From Macrostomum lignano (lineage: Eukaryota): a DNA stretch of 64,000 bases. How positions within the stretch are numbered: the first letter of the stretch is position 1; every line of letters begins with the position of its first letter. Position numbers and translations under genes: made by a program. Of the stretch, positions 14,101 through 26,928 are shown piece after piece. The notes beneath the pieces are model-generated. The model ran no database searches and was not told the DNA's origin. It saw only the letters and a program-made list of their open reading frames with translations. The stretch is taken from NCBI GenBank assembly GCA_002269645.1, contig NIVC01001274.1:124001-188000 (forward strand), given 5' to 3'.

Positions 14101-17100
14101 GAACCAGTACACGAGTAGCATTGGGATTATTGGGATTGGTTGCGCAGCTGACGCTATCACCAAGGCCATAGCCAGTAATGTACACAGCTGACATCATACA
14201 GTAGCACATGATTATGTACACAAACGGTCGCTCGGGATACTGGAATCTGGTCCTGTCTAACAGGAAGGTGATCACGGACAGCAAGGTGAACAGGAAGCAG
14301 ACAACCGCCCAAACCAGAACCCAATGACGCGCAAATCTCCTCTGCTCCTGACTGGCAAAAAATGTAGTATTGCAAGGCAGGCTGCAGCTAACTTCGCTTC
14401 TGCCAATTTTAATTGGATTTGATTTCAACCTGCCAGGCTGCAGTATGTCGGGACACTTGAAGGTTAGCAATGACTTTTCCACAGGCTGGCTGTCTCGCTG
14501 ATTATCAGTCGAGTTATCATTGATGCACAGTTTGTTCTCGCTGTAGTATTGGAATTGGTCGCAGCGGAGATTTTCGGCCCACTAGATGTGAGAATTGTGT
14601 TTATAATGGGGTTGTTATAAAGTGCATTCAATGCGATTCTGAGTGGTGACACATTAACATAAAGAGGTCATTTGTAAGCAAGAAATTTCTGACTTATATG
14701 TAACCTTTCAGGGTCTAGCTGGCTCTATGCCCTATGTGGGCAATGAAACATAGGATACAATTGTAATACACCACATCACTATACTATGAAAATTCTGGCA
14801 CAAATAATATCTTGAAGGTTTAAATTCATGCCCTTTTGTTAAGAATCACAACCTTCTGATTGCAGAAAATTAGAGTTTTTTGTCAACTTTTCATTTTAAT
14901 TTATGTTCACATTTTTTCCTGTACATAAAAATCATGAAAATGCATGACATAGCTCAACTCTTTGATTTTATGAATCTGTTTTATATCTGATACAAATAGT
15001 GATACACAGTTAGCTAAGAATGACTAAATATACAACCAATGAGTTAAGCTGTGTTATTTTAAAGATTTTTTTAGACACAGATAACAATAATTGTATGTAG
15101 AATAAAAAATAATCATAACATCCTAACTTTTTCAACAGGGGGGCCGTAGCCCAGCGGTAGCGCAGGCTCTGGTGTGCCAGCGACCCAGGCTCGATTCCAA
15201 GTGCAGTCACATTAATTTGGGGCTGAATTGGAATCTCGGCTTGGCTCTGCTTGTGCAATTAACGGCCTTGAGAGCCAACCCCCCAAGGCCCAGTGAAGTG
15301 TACATGCCTAACGATAATATAAAGTTAGGGCCGCTGTACACTCCTATGTGAGTGTGTGCCTGCGTACGTATCCGCGCGCTTATGTGCCTGCTCAGGGGAG
15401 TCAGCGGAATAGGCAGTAATGCCTCTCGCCGGTTGTGTGCCTATGTCGCTTAAAGTGCGCCAGGGTGCACACAACCCCCCTGCCTCTAATAAAAAAACTT
15501 TTTCAACAAAAGGCTATATAAATATATATAGAACTATAAGGCACAACATATCAAAAGATGAAATATTGGGTCAGCCTACTACGAGGGGTGTCCTAGAAGT
15601 AGTGTCACTTTTGCTTGCTTTCATAAGCATTAATGTGTGTTAAAAAAATCATCTGCCTTAAAAGTTAGCGGCTTATTTTAGCTTTTATGCCACAAAAGTC
15701 TGATTTTTATAAGTGCTTGCTATAAGCAGCATGCATTTGTTCACATACCCTTAGCCATAGAAATACACACTGCAAAGTGCTTTTATGCTCACTTAGAAGA
15801 AAGCCACAAGTATAGCTGATCAAGCACAGAGTTGCAAGACAACAGTTTGAGGCTGGCCAGCAATATATTTTGCCAACTTACCCAAAGGTGGTTGGCCTTT
15901 GATATCTACAGCTAGACTCGAACTGTTCGATCCACCTGTAAACTGTTTGTTGACTGATGGCATTGGGACCATGAATGCGGGTCAAGTTTTTGTGAATTTC
16001 AGGGCATCTCTGACCAAGACTTTAAAGTGTAAAATTTGTGTCTCTGCCCTTCTGTAGAGTGAATGTTAGGGTCCATGACTGGAACAAATCTTGCAGCTGC
16101 TGTTTTGCAACTCTGTGCTTGATCAGCTCTACTTGTGGCTTTCTTCTGAGTGAGCATAGAAGCACTATGTGGTGTGTATTTCTATGGCTAAGGGTATGCG
16201 AACAAATGCATGCTACTTACAGCACTTACAGCACTTATAAAAATCAGACTTTTGTGGCATGAAAGCTAAAATAAGCCACTAACTTTTAGGGTAGATTAAA
16301 AACAATACCAAATTTATTATGAGAAAACTGAAAAGTTCTTTTTATAGTGTATTATTTAGTGTATTATTTAGAAAAAATGATAGAATACTTGATCATAGCA
16401 AAGTTTATGGCCAAAGTTATACTTGTAACCTAGGGCTCTTTATTTTATTTTATTTTATATCTCAGATTTTCTGGCACTTTATAAAATTGAGATTCAATCA
16501 AAATTCCACCAAGAAAAAAGTCAAAATCTTAAATATTAATTACAAAATCAAGATCTTGTCCAAACTCTAGAATAGGCCTATAATAATATTATTTATGCAG
16601 CATTAGCTCCATAATCCATTTTGTTATAGTTACGCTAGGAATTTTTGGCATAATTCTAGACAAAAATTAGCCTTAGACTTGATGTAAAAATTGATAAAAA
16701 ATAGATTGGCATAAATGGCTAGTATAAAAACAACTATATGGATGATCTTTTGGTATGTCTATTACTATTATCTATCACTATCTTCTATCACTAATAAAAG
16801 ACATAAGATAAGAGCAACTATTGCATCAGTGTGCCATGTGGATTAAGCAGAAAATTATTCCAACAGTACGATTGGAATAAAATAGGCCTGTATTTAATTC
16901 AATTATTATACTAAATTCTAATAAAGTAATGAGAATGACTATAATATAAACTATAGTATAACTTACCCCAAAGTTGAATCTCAACATTACTGGTTCACAT
17001 TTTCTTCTATTTTCTTCACAAAGAGATCGACAAGGCTTTAAATGAGCACGAAGCACATTGCAGACAGGGAAATAAAGCACACAAAGAAAGAGCTTCAGCG

Positions 17101-17365
17101 TTGAACTGCACTTTACATTAATAAGTGCTTTGTAACTTTCAATTTCTCTGTCAGCATCTTCTTGAGTTTGATGACCCAGAATATTTGGAAAGTTTGTTCG
17201 ATTGTAAGGCAGATCAGTGCAGACTTTTGACTGTAAAACCATGCATTCCTGTTTCTGATCATATCTTCCATCTGATTCTAGGCTGGAGACCACTGAATTC
17301 GCTGAACAAGAGAAACACAAACAAAGAGCATAAGCTAAGTAAAAAATTAACTTCGGTGGAGCCAT
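11160..17365 (-). CDS. fzd: Frizzled-family Wnt receptor, 658 aa; exons 16967-17365, 13858-14581, 11160-12013
   Basis: Signal peptide; 10-Cys CRD spanning exon 1/2 (RFNFG|WAENLRC); 7TM region (RFQYPERP, DSLTG|ICFTG); KTxxxW motif (KTMKAW). GT-AG junctions have consistent phases (0, 1) and total 1977 nt. Subfamily not assigned. Confidence 0.95.
12050..13775. repeat. 24/25-bp minisatellite (GTGGAT[TCT/CG]AGGGGCGATTCTACAG)n filling Frizzled intron 2
   Basis: Tandem repeat occupying almost the whole 12014-13857 intron. Confidence 0.95.
15138..15495 (+). mobile_element. tRNA-derived SINE, family 2, in Frizzled intron 1
   Basis: tRNA-like head GGGGGGCCGTAGCCCAGCGGTAG...GGCTCGATTCC, A-rich tail, perfect 13-bp TSD AACTTTTTCAACA at 15125-15137 and 15496-15508. 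Confidence 0.85.
15651..16296. mobile_element. MITE / foldback element with ~195-bp terminal inverted repeats in Frizzled intron 1
   Basis: 15651-15845 is the near-perfect reverse complement of ~16100-16296 (e.g. GCCACAAAAGTCTGATTTTTATAAGTGCT / AGCACTTATAAAAATCAGACTTTTGTGGC). TSD not resolved. Confidence 0.8.
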
Positions 17366-18669
17366 TATTAGTCGCTTATCTTTTCACGTTCTGTCAACCG
17401 TCCAGATAGAAGCTGTTTAGACAGTAGACTGTAGACAATGTTCTATAGCTAGGGAAGCTAGACAGGCCTACTTTATCTTAATACATTAGCACTAGGCCTA
17501 AGTGATTAACCGTAAATCAAAAAATACAATCTTAAAATTTGACTAGTCGAAACAGGAAATATTAGATACAATGACAAAATTAAAGTGGTGAATATAACTG
17601 GAACAATAGTAGCATGGACCCGATGGAAGGTTGGTTGGTCGCACTGAGGTGTAACTATGGAAATAGATCTTTTTTTGTGTCGATTGTGAAATTAAATTTG
17701 ATAGTTCACTAAACGAAGTATAATAAATGAATCACACTTGCTACGTTAATCTCTAAAATTAAGGTAAATAAGTTATTTTTATGTTGTTTAATAATATTTT
17801 TTTGTTTCTTATAGAGTAACTAATTTTAGGTAACATGCGTTGATGCTCATTTTAACTTCATGGCGATAAATAATTTTATTACAGATTTGCATGTGGCATT
17901 CGTCAATTGTCGATAACATTATGCAGTTGTAAGCCTGATTTTTTATTTTTAACTTTTGATTAGGATTGCTTTAAGCATTATTCAATGTCACAAGGCAAGG
18001 CAAGTCCAAGAGGCTCTAAATCTGAGTATGATTCGTCATCTCAGTAAGTTTTTTCTTTTGTTGTTCGTCATTGTTTTTGTTAGTCTTAGTCCTATGGCAT
18101 GTGTGACAGTATCATCAGCAGAAAATAATCTATGGCAGTGCTTATATCAGAACTCGTTATATAAACTTCAATATGTAGGACCAGCCTGAAGTCTCGATTT
18201 AAAAACTTTTATACTAATATTTGGTCATTTTAGCATTTGGCTCATTTTAGTTTAGTACTATCTTGCATGTATAAAAGCTCTTAGCAAGACGTAGCTACAC
18301 AGATCTAAAGATCTAAAATACTAAACTGAGTTCTGATTCATGTAGAAAAAGCATTGATAAAAATTTTATTTAGGTCTACTGAATCATCATTTCGTTGCAA
18401 AGGTGAGATTTTTTAAGCTTAGCAAAATTTCAAATTGAATATTGGTCGACTGACTGTCTTACTGTCTATTTTGCTGTGAGCTTACACTGGTGAAAATTAA
18501 ACTAAGGGCTATGGTCTTTTTGTAACATTTTAAAAAGAATCCATGAACTATGCAGTACTGTAAATTTATTTTGATTTTATTAGTTTAAGATATTTTAAGA
18601 GGCCTGACTACTGAAGTTAAACTTAAAAGGCGAATTTAATTAAATGCGATTTTTTAAACTTTTGTTCAG

Positions 18670-21063
18670 ACACTCCTCCTATGGCGACTCGCTGTCCTAC
18701 ACGTACAGCACGTACGGTTCGGGCTCTGAACCCGACTACATCATGCTTGAGATTCGAATCAAACAGCAGGCGGATGACATTGTGCTGCTGCAGAAGCTGA
18801 ACCGCAGACTGAGGGAGGACTTGGAGCTGGAGAGGTCTCAAGGGATGCAGAGGTTGAAGAAGCTGGACGCTGCCGCTAAGGCTGGTGAGTCTCACAACAA
18901 TAAATGATTTGGCATTGGCATGACTCATAGGTTTTATGAGTAGTTTAGTGTGACTTTGCATGACTCGCATCTACTGTTTGTCGCTGGCATCGAGGAATCG
19001 AACCCGGGACTTTGTGTACTTTATTTCTCATTTTCAGCCGAAAAGCGAATCCAAGAACTGTCCGTCGAACTGGCCCGATCACGTGACGTTGTAAAACACT
19101 ACCAAGAGCTGCAGGAGGCTCAGGAGAATGAAATGCTCGAATGGGCGGCCACCAAGGAGGCTCAAGATGATCGAAAACGAATCGAAGCCCAGATCCAGCA
19201 GCTGGAGTCCGACATCGCCCAGGGTAAAGAGGAGATGAAGAATGGCAATTACGAGAGCACGCAGCAGAGAGCGGCGATTAGGAAAGCTCAGGAGGAAAAG
19301 TGCATCGCTCAGGTGAGGTCATAAATCAATAAATTACATGTACCCTGCACGTAGTGACCTTAAATTAGTTTTTGTGGTGGCCGATTTTCATCTAACACCC
19401 CAAATTGACGCCCATCTGACACGCCAAATGAAAGACTGTCTGATACCTTTATCTGACTACCCCTGACATCCAAGGTTAGCAACCATCTGACACAAAAAAT
19501 AACGATCATCTGACATCCCAAATTGAAGACCATCTGACAACCCAAATTGAAGACCATCTGACACCCAAAATTGAAGACCATCTGACAACCCAAATTGACG
19601 ACCATCTGACACCCCAAATTGAAGACCATCTGACAACCCAAATTGAAGACCATCTGACAACCCAAATTGATGACCAACTGAAACCTTTAGCTGACTAGCC
19701 CTGACAACCCAAGTTAGCGACCATCTGACACCCCAAATCGACGACCATCTGAAACCCCAAATTGAAGACCATCTGACACCCAAAATTGATGACCAACTGC
19801 AGCACCCCAAATTGACGACCATCTGACACTCCAAATTGACAACCATCTGACACCCCAAATTGATGACCAACTGACACCCCAAATCGACGACCATCTGAAA
19901 CCCCAAATTGAAGACCATCTGACACCCCAAATTGATGACCAACTGACACCCCAAATCGACGACCATCTGACACCCCAACTTCGTTGTCATTCCAGCGACT
20001 ACTCGAAGCCAGCGAAAAAGAGCACCACGACCTCGAGAAGAAGCTGGCCGAACTCGAACGATTGAACCGGCGCCAGGAGAAAGCACTGGAAGGCGCCGCG
20101 CAGGGTTGGATTAAGAAAAATCACGAGATGGAAGTTCTGTGCGAGGATCTCAGATGGAGAATGGTTCGTGCCTCGGCAGCGTTGGGAATCCGCCCCTCTA
20201 TCCTGACACCCACCGGGAATCCGCCCCTCTCCATCCCTGACACCCACCGGGAATCCGCCCCTCTCCATCCCTGACACCCACCGGGAATCCGCCCCTCTCC
20301 GTCCCTGACACCCACCGGAATCCGCCCCTCTCCATCCCTGACACCCACCGGGAATCCGCCCCTCTCCATCCCTGACACCCACCGGAAATCTGCCCCTCTC
20401 CATCCCTGACACCCACCGGGTATCCGCTTCTCTATCTCTGACACCCACCGGAAATCCGCCCCTCTCCATCCCTGAAACCCACCGGGAATCCGCCCCTCTA
20501 TCTCTGACACCCACCGGAAATCCGCCCCTCTCCATCCCTGACACCCACCGGGAATCCGCCCCTCTATCTCTGACACCCTCCGGAAATCCGCCCCTCTACA
20601 TCCCTGACACCCACCGGGAATCCGCCCCTCTATCTCCGACACCCACCGGGAATCCGCCCCTCTATCTCCGACACCCACCGGGAATCCGCCCCTCTATCTC
20701 CGACACCCACCGGGAATCTGCCCTTTCCGCTTTTCATAGAATGAGGGAGTAACTGCATGGAAACCCTGTCTCCAACCGTGGAAACCGCAGGTGGACTCTA
20801 AAAGCGGCATTGTGCTCGGCAGTCACGGCGCAAAACGTGGCGCTGATTCAAAATCTGCCGCAGGAAAATCTGCGCAGGCAACAAAGCCGGACAGACGGCC
20901 AAAGACCTCAGCATCCTCAGCGGCATCTTCCACAGCTTCAACCAATAAGAAGACAGGCTCAGCAAGTCGCAGCAACGATCACGCCAACAATGCTACTGCT
21001 ACTACTAATAGTAATAAAAATAGCGGCGCAGTAAGCAAAACTAAATTAAAAAATTCTACTTAA
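18670..21063 (+). CDS. Uncharacterised coiled-coil protein with low-complexity S/K/A/T-rich C-terminus; exons 18670-18884, 19038-19312, 19996-20163, 20740-21063 (302 aa from ATG 18743; true start uncertain)
   Basis: Heptad-rich E/K/Q/L ORFs joined by phase-consistent GT-AG junctions. The donor at 20164 (ATG|GTTCGT) is the least certain. Confidence 0.7.
19400..19980. repeat. 24-bp intronic minisatellite (GACCATCTGACACCCCAAATTGAA)n
   Basis: Direct tandem repeat within the intron 19313-19995. Confidence 0.93.
20185..20722. repeat. 34-bp intronic minisatellite (CCGGGAATCCGCCCCTCTCCATCCCTGACACCCA)n, array 1
   Basis: Tandem repeat with the same unit as 21865-22921. Confidence 0.95.
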
Positions 21064-21469
21064 AAATGATTACTTTTTATTAACAGTAGTATTTGAGTAC
21101 TGAGAAAGTTTCATTTTCTTGAACAGACTCAATTAAGTCTGTTGTTGATTAATCAAGGTTGCTAGCGAATTGGTGCCTCACCTGACTTATATTGATTTTT
21201 TATGGATTTTATTCAACTGACAGAAGTTAAAAAAGTGTATTTTTTATTTGATGATGAACTGGATTTTTTTGTAGAAATTTTACAGCTGAACTTTATAATT
21301 TCTTGTTGTAACTTTTTATTGGTGTACTTTTAAATATAACTTCTGAGTAATGGGTCTATTTATGATATTTTTGTATTATTTTTTAAATTAAAGGATTTTT
21401 TGTTAATGTTTTTTTATTTGCTTTTATGGTGCATCAAAATATTTTCATACAATCACTTCTAAATGCATC

Positions 21470-21670
21470 TGATGTTTCTATCTGATTCCCATCTGATTCC
21501 CCATTCCTGATTCGCCATCTGATACCCCATCTCTGATTCTCCATCTGAATCCCCATCTCTGATTCCCCATCTCATTCTCCATCTGATTCCACATCTGATT
21601 CCACATCTGATTCCCCATCTGTATCCCCATCTGATTCCCCATTTTTGATCCCTATCTGAGTCCCCATCTG
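21470..21670. repeat. Degenerate ~11-bp repeat (ATCTGATTCCC-like) between the two + strand genes
   Basis: Short imperfect tandem repeat. Confidence 0.8.
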
Positions 21671-21724
21671 AATACTTCTGTTGTCAATTTCAGCCTTGGT
21701 TGCTGTGCCGGCAACGATAACACG

Positions 21725-24191
21725 ATGGCTTCCGCAGACTCTGTAGCGTTCATTACTGGCGGTAGCACAGGCATTGGCCTGCAAATTGCCGAAAATTTTC
21801 TAAGGTTAGTCGAATGAAATTGCTTTATTAGATAATGGATGTTGATAATTGACCAGGTATTCGCTCTCTATCCATTCTGACGCCAACCGGGTATCCGGAT
21901 CTCTCCATCCCTGACACCCACTAGGTATCCGCCCCTCTCCATCCCTGACACCCACCGGGAATCCGCCCTTCTCCATCCCTATCACCCACCGGGAATCCGC
22001 CCCTCTCCATCCCTATCACCCACCGGGAATCCGCCCCTCTCCATCCCTGACACCCACCGGGAATCCGCCCCTCTCCATCCCTATCACCCACCAGGTATCC
22101 GCCCTTCTTTATCCCTGACACCCACCGGGAATCCGCCCCTCTCCATCCCGGACACCCACCAGGTATCCGCCCCTCTCCATCCCTGACACCCACCGGGAAT
22201 CCGCCCCTCTCCATCCCTGACACCCACCGGGAATCCGCCCCTCTCCATCCCGGACACCCACCAGGTATCCGCCCCTCTCCATCCCTGACACCCACCGGGA
22301 ATCCGCCCCTCTTCATCCCTGACACCCACCGGGAATCCGCCCCTCTCCATCCCTGACACCCACCGGGAATCCGCCCCTCTCCATCCCTGACACCCACCGG
22401 AAATCCGCCCCTCTCCATCCCTGACACCCACCGGAAATCCGCCCCTCTCCATCCCTGACACCCACCGGAAATCCGCCCCTCTCCATCCCTGACACCCACC
22501 GGGAATCCGCCCCTCTCCATCCCTGACACCCACCGGAAATCCGCCCCTCTCCATCCCTGACACCCACCGGGAATCCGCCCCTCTCCATCCCTGACACCCA
22601 CCGGGAATCCGCCCCTCTCCATCCCTGACACCCACCGGGAATCCGCCCCTCTCCATCCCTGACACCCACCGGGAATCCGCCCCTCTCCATCCCTGACACC
22701 CACCGGGAATCCGCCCCTCTCCATCCCTGACACCCACCGGGAATCCGCCCCTCTCCATCCCTGACACCCACCGGGAATCCGCCCCTCTCCATCCCTGACA
22801 CCCACCGGGAATCCGCCCCTCTCCATCCCTGACACCCACCGGGAATCCGCCCCTCTCCATCCCTGACACCCACCGGGAATCCGCCCCTCTCCATCCCTGA
22901 CACCCACCGGAAATCCGCCCCGATTTCAACCTTCAGATCCGGCTCAAAAGTTTTCATTGTCAGTCGAAAACCCGAAAACCTTCGAGCAGCCGCCGAGCGC
23001 TTAAAATCGCTGGGATTTGAGGAATCGCGGTTTGGCACTGCTAGCGTAGATGTTCGAAAGGTACATATTAACCTGCATATTAACCTGCATTAACATGCAT
23101 CTAAATGTATCTTCTCACATTAGCTCGCGCATTGTTTTGTAGTTTCCTGAAATTTCCTCAGCCGTGCAGTTGTGCCTGGATAAATTCAAACGATTGGACT
23201 ACCTGGTGAATAGTGAGTTGTGATGGCTGTAGTGCCTGTGCTTGGGAGGCGTACCTGTGCTATAAACATGGTTATCGAAAAGTACCATATCTACATGTAC
23301 GACGCAAACTGGGCATGCGCTTAGTACGATGTCAGGTGACTCTAAAATAGAGGTCCTGGAGGTAACCGAAATGCATGTATTATGTCTGGTGGCGCCTAAG
23401 CCAGGTGTCAGGTAGCGGCTAAGATAGGGTGTCAGATGGCGTCTAACATAGGGTGTCAGGTGGCGTCTAACATGATGTCAGGTGGCGTCTAACATGATGT
23501 CAGGTGGCGTCAAATAAAGTCTCGGATGGTCCCAACTGACACCCAGGAGCTCATGATAAAAACAGGTGTCAGAAAAATATGACGCTAAATATCGTGTCAG
23601 ATTCAGGTGTCAAAAGCTAAACAGGCGCTAAGCACTTCACTCTCATTTGACTTCGCCTTTCACGCATCCGCAGGCGCCGCCGGAAACTTTATGTGCCCCG
23701 CCGCCAACTTGACACCCAACGGGTTCCGAACTGTGATCGAGATCGACCTGATCGGCACCTTCAACTCCATCAGAGCCGCCTTCGACGCCTGGATGCGGGA
23801 CCACGGCGGCGTCATCGTGAACATCACGGCGACGCTGCACCTCGCCGCCGTACCAGGGCAGGCGCACGCCGGAGCCGCTAAAGCTGGAATCGACGCCCTC
23901 ACCCGACACCTGGGAGTGGAGTGGTCCTGTCGGGACCGGCCCGTGCGGGTGGTGGCGGTGGCTCCCGGCCCGGTTGCCGACACGCTCGGCTTTGACAAGC
24001 TGGGCGGCGCTACGCTGGATCGACGCTATCTGGTCACCAAGTCGGAGGTGGCCGACATTGTTGTCAACTTGCTGTGCCGGCGGGACGGCGGCGGGGCCGC
24101 TTTTAATGCGCAGACGCTGGTGCTGGACAGGGCGCAGTACCTGGCGTTTGCGTACTTCGATGCGGCCTCTGCGGGGTCGCCTAAACTTTGA
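21725..24191 (+). CDS. DECR2: Peroxisomal 2,4-dienoyl-CoA reductase-like short-chain dehydrogenase, 263 aa; exons 21725-21804, 22937-23060, 23143-23212, 23674-24191
   Basis: TGGSTGIG Rossmann motif; [55 protein letters not shown]; PTS1-like C-terminal PKL. Junction phases are consistent (792 nt). Confidence 0.9.
21865..22921. repeat. 34-bp minisatellite, array 2, filling DECR2 intron 1
   Basis: Same unit as 20185-20722, ~30 copies. Confidence 0.96.
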
Positions 24192-24202
24192 CGACTGAAC
24201 TG

Positions 24203-26020
24203 GTGTCTAGAGGGGTATTGTCGTGTGTCTAGAGGGGTATTGTCGTGTGTCTAGAGGGGTATTGTCGTGTGTCTAGAGGGGTATTGTCGTGTGTCTAGAG
24301 GGGTACTGTAGTGTGTCTAGCTGGGTATTGCAGTGTCTAGAAGGGTATTGTAGTGTCTAGAGGGGTATTGTAGTGTGTCTAGAGGGGTATTGTCGTGTGT
24401 CTAGGGGGTATTTAGTGTGTCTAGAGGGGTATTGTAGTGTCTCTAGAGGGGTATTGTAGTGTGTCTAGAAAGGTATTGTCGTGTGTCTAGAGGGTTATTG
24501 TCGTGTGTCTAGAGGGGTATTGTCGTGTGTCTAGAGGGGTATTGTCGTGTGTCTAGAGGGGTACTGTAGTGTGTCTAGCTGGGTATTGCAGTGTCTAGAA
24601 GGGTATTGTAGTGTCTAGAGGGGTATTGTAGTGTGTCTAGAGGGGTATTGTCGTGTGTCTAGGGGGGTATTTAGTGTGTCTAGAGGGGTATTGTAGTGTC
24701 TCTAGAGGGGTATTGTAGTGTGTCTAGAAAGGTATTGTCGTGTGTCTAGAGGGTTATTGTCGTGTGTCTAGAGGGGTATTGTCGTGTGTCTAGAGGGGTA
24801 TTGTCGTGTGTCTAGAGGGGTATTGTAGTGTGTCTAGAGGGGTATTGTAGTGTGTCTAGGGGGGTATTTAGTGTGTCTAGAGGGGTATTGTAGTGTCTCT
24901 AGAGGGGTATTGTAGTGTGTCTAGAAAGGTATTGTCGTGTGTCTAGAGGGTTATTGTCGTGTGTCTAGAGGGGTATTGTCGTGTGTCTAGAGGGGTATTG
25001 TCGTGTGTCTAGAGGGGTATTGTAGTGTGTCTAGAGGGGTATTGTAGTGTCTCTAGAGGGGTATTGTAGTGTGTCTAGAAAGGTATTGTCGTGTGTCTAG
25101 AGGGTTATTGTCGTGTGTCTAGAGGGGTATTGTCGTGTGTCTAGAGGGGTATTGTCGTGTGTCTAGAGGGGTATTGTAGTGTGTCTAGAGGGGTATTGTA
25201 GTGTGTCTAGAGGGGTATTGTAGTGTGTCTAGAGGGGTATTGTAGTGTGTCTAGAGGAGTATTGTAGTGTATCTAGAGGGGTATTGTCGTGTGTCTAGAG
25301 GGGTATTGTCGTGTGTCTAGAGGGATATTGTCGTGTGTCTAGAGGGGTATTGTCGTGTGTCTAGACGGGTACTGTCGTGTGTCTAGAGGGGTATTGTCGT
25401 GTGTCTAGAGGGTTATTGTCGTGTGTCTAGAGGGATATTGTAGTGTGTCTAGAGGGGTATTGTAGTGTGTCTAGAGAGGTATTGTAGTGTGTCTAGAGGG
25501 GTATTGTCGTGTGTCTAGAGGGATATTGTAGTGTCTAGAGGGGTATTGTAGTGTGTCTAGAGGGGTATTGTAGTGTGTCTAGAGGGGTATTGTAGTGTGT
25601 CTAGAGGGGTATTGTAGTGTGTCTAGAGGGGTATTGTCGTGTGTCTAGAGGGTTATTGTCGTGTGTCTAGAGGGGTATTGTCGTGTGTCTAGAGGGGTAT
25701 TGTCGTGTGTCTAGAGGGTTATTGTCGTGTGTCTAGAGGGGTATTGTCGTGTGTCTAGAGGGGTACTGTAGTGTGTCTAGAGGGGTATTGTCGTGTGTCT
25801 AGAGGGGTATTGTAGTGTCTCTAGAGGGGTATTGTAGTGTGTCTAGAGGGGTTTTGTCGTGTGTCTAGAGGGGTTTTGTTGTGTGTCTAGAGGGGTATTT
25901 TCGTGTCTCTAGAGGGGTATTGTCGTGTGTCTAGGGGTATTTAGTGTGTCTAGAGGGGTATTGTCGTGTGTCTAGAGGGGTATTGTAGTGTGTCTAGAGG
26001 GGTATTGTAGTGTATCTAGA
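24203..26020. repeat. 22-bp minisatellite (TCTAGAGGGGTATTGTCGTGTG)n starting ~12 bp after the DECR2 stop
   Basis: ~80 units, each with an XbaI palindrome and a G4 run. Confidence 0.97.
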
Positions 26021-26639
26021 GGGTCGTTCCAGTTGCTATCCTATATAGTACGCACTAGACACCAGGATACCCCTCCATATCTTAAACATAAAAAGCAATT
26101 TATTATTCTACGATACCTTTTACGACTGTTTCATTCAATCATTTTAATAATAATGAATCATAAATTTTTCCATTACCAATAGTAATTATGCTAGACAAGT
26201 TTTTTAATTGTTTGATTGCGTCATTGATGTGCATCTTCTTAAATTAAACAAAACAATCAATTAGCCAATCTTAATTATTGACTTTTTTAATACTTTCAAT
26301 TTCTAAAAGTTTCAAAATGCAAGTAACAAATTTCCTTAGAAAGGCAATGTGTTTCAAGTCGGTTGACATTTATTATTTTGCAAGCAATCAGTTTTGCCAA
26401 ACAGATGAAAAGGCAAATAGATGATGGTCTGATTGATTAGAAAATAGACTCTTAACAACAGACACCATTATGCTGCTGACTCGTGCGCATTTAACAATCT
26501 GTTGGAGGAAACAATTTTAGATAACACATGATGATGTATAAGGTTAAATAAAATTTGTGTAGACAGCAGTGTCACAATAAAAACATTAGAACAGGTTTTC
26601 AGCAATCAGGTTAATAGTGTGCGGAGTTTACGGAGTCTG

Positions 26640-26890
26640 TCTGTTTTATTTTCTGTCTGTCTTATTTTCTATCTCTACCTGTCCATCTACTTGTCTACTA
26701 CTCGGTCTACCTGTCCATCTACTTGTCTACTAGTCTGTCTACCTGTCCATCTACTTGTCTACTACTCGGTCTACCTATCTATCTACTTGTCTACTAGTCT
26801 GTCTACCTGTCCATCTACTCTTCTACTAGTTTTTCTACCTGTTTATCTAATTGTCTGTCTGTCTGTCCGTCTACCTGTCCATCTGGTAGA
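26640..26890. repeat. ~32-bp CT-rich tandem repeat in the presumptive ELAC2 3' UTR
   Basis: CTACCTGTCCATCTACTTGTCTACTA... repeated ~6 times. Confidence 0.8.
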
Positions 26891-26928
26891 CCTGTTCAAG
26901 CGCCTATCCGTCTCCTGGTCCCACCCAG

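Noticed and set aside
14464-14652. Separate 62-aa ORF on the - strand
   Set aside because: Wrong frame. The true Frizzled exon 2 begins at 14581 in the frame of ORF 13790-14482.
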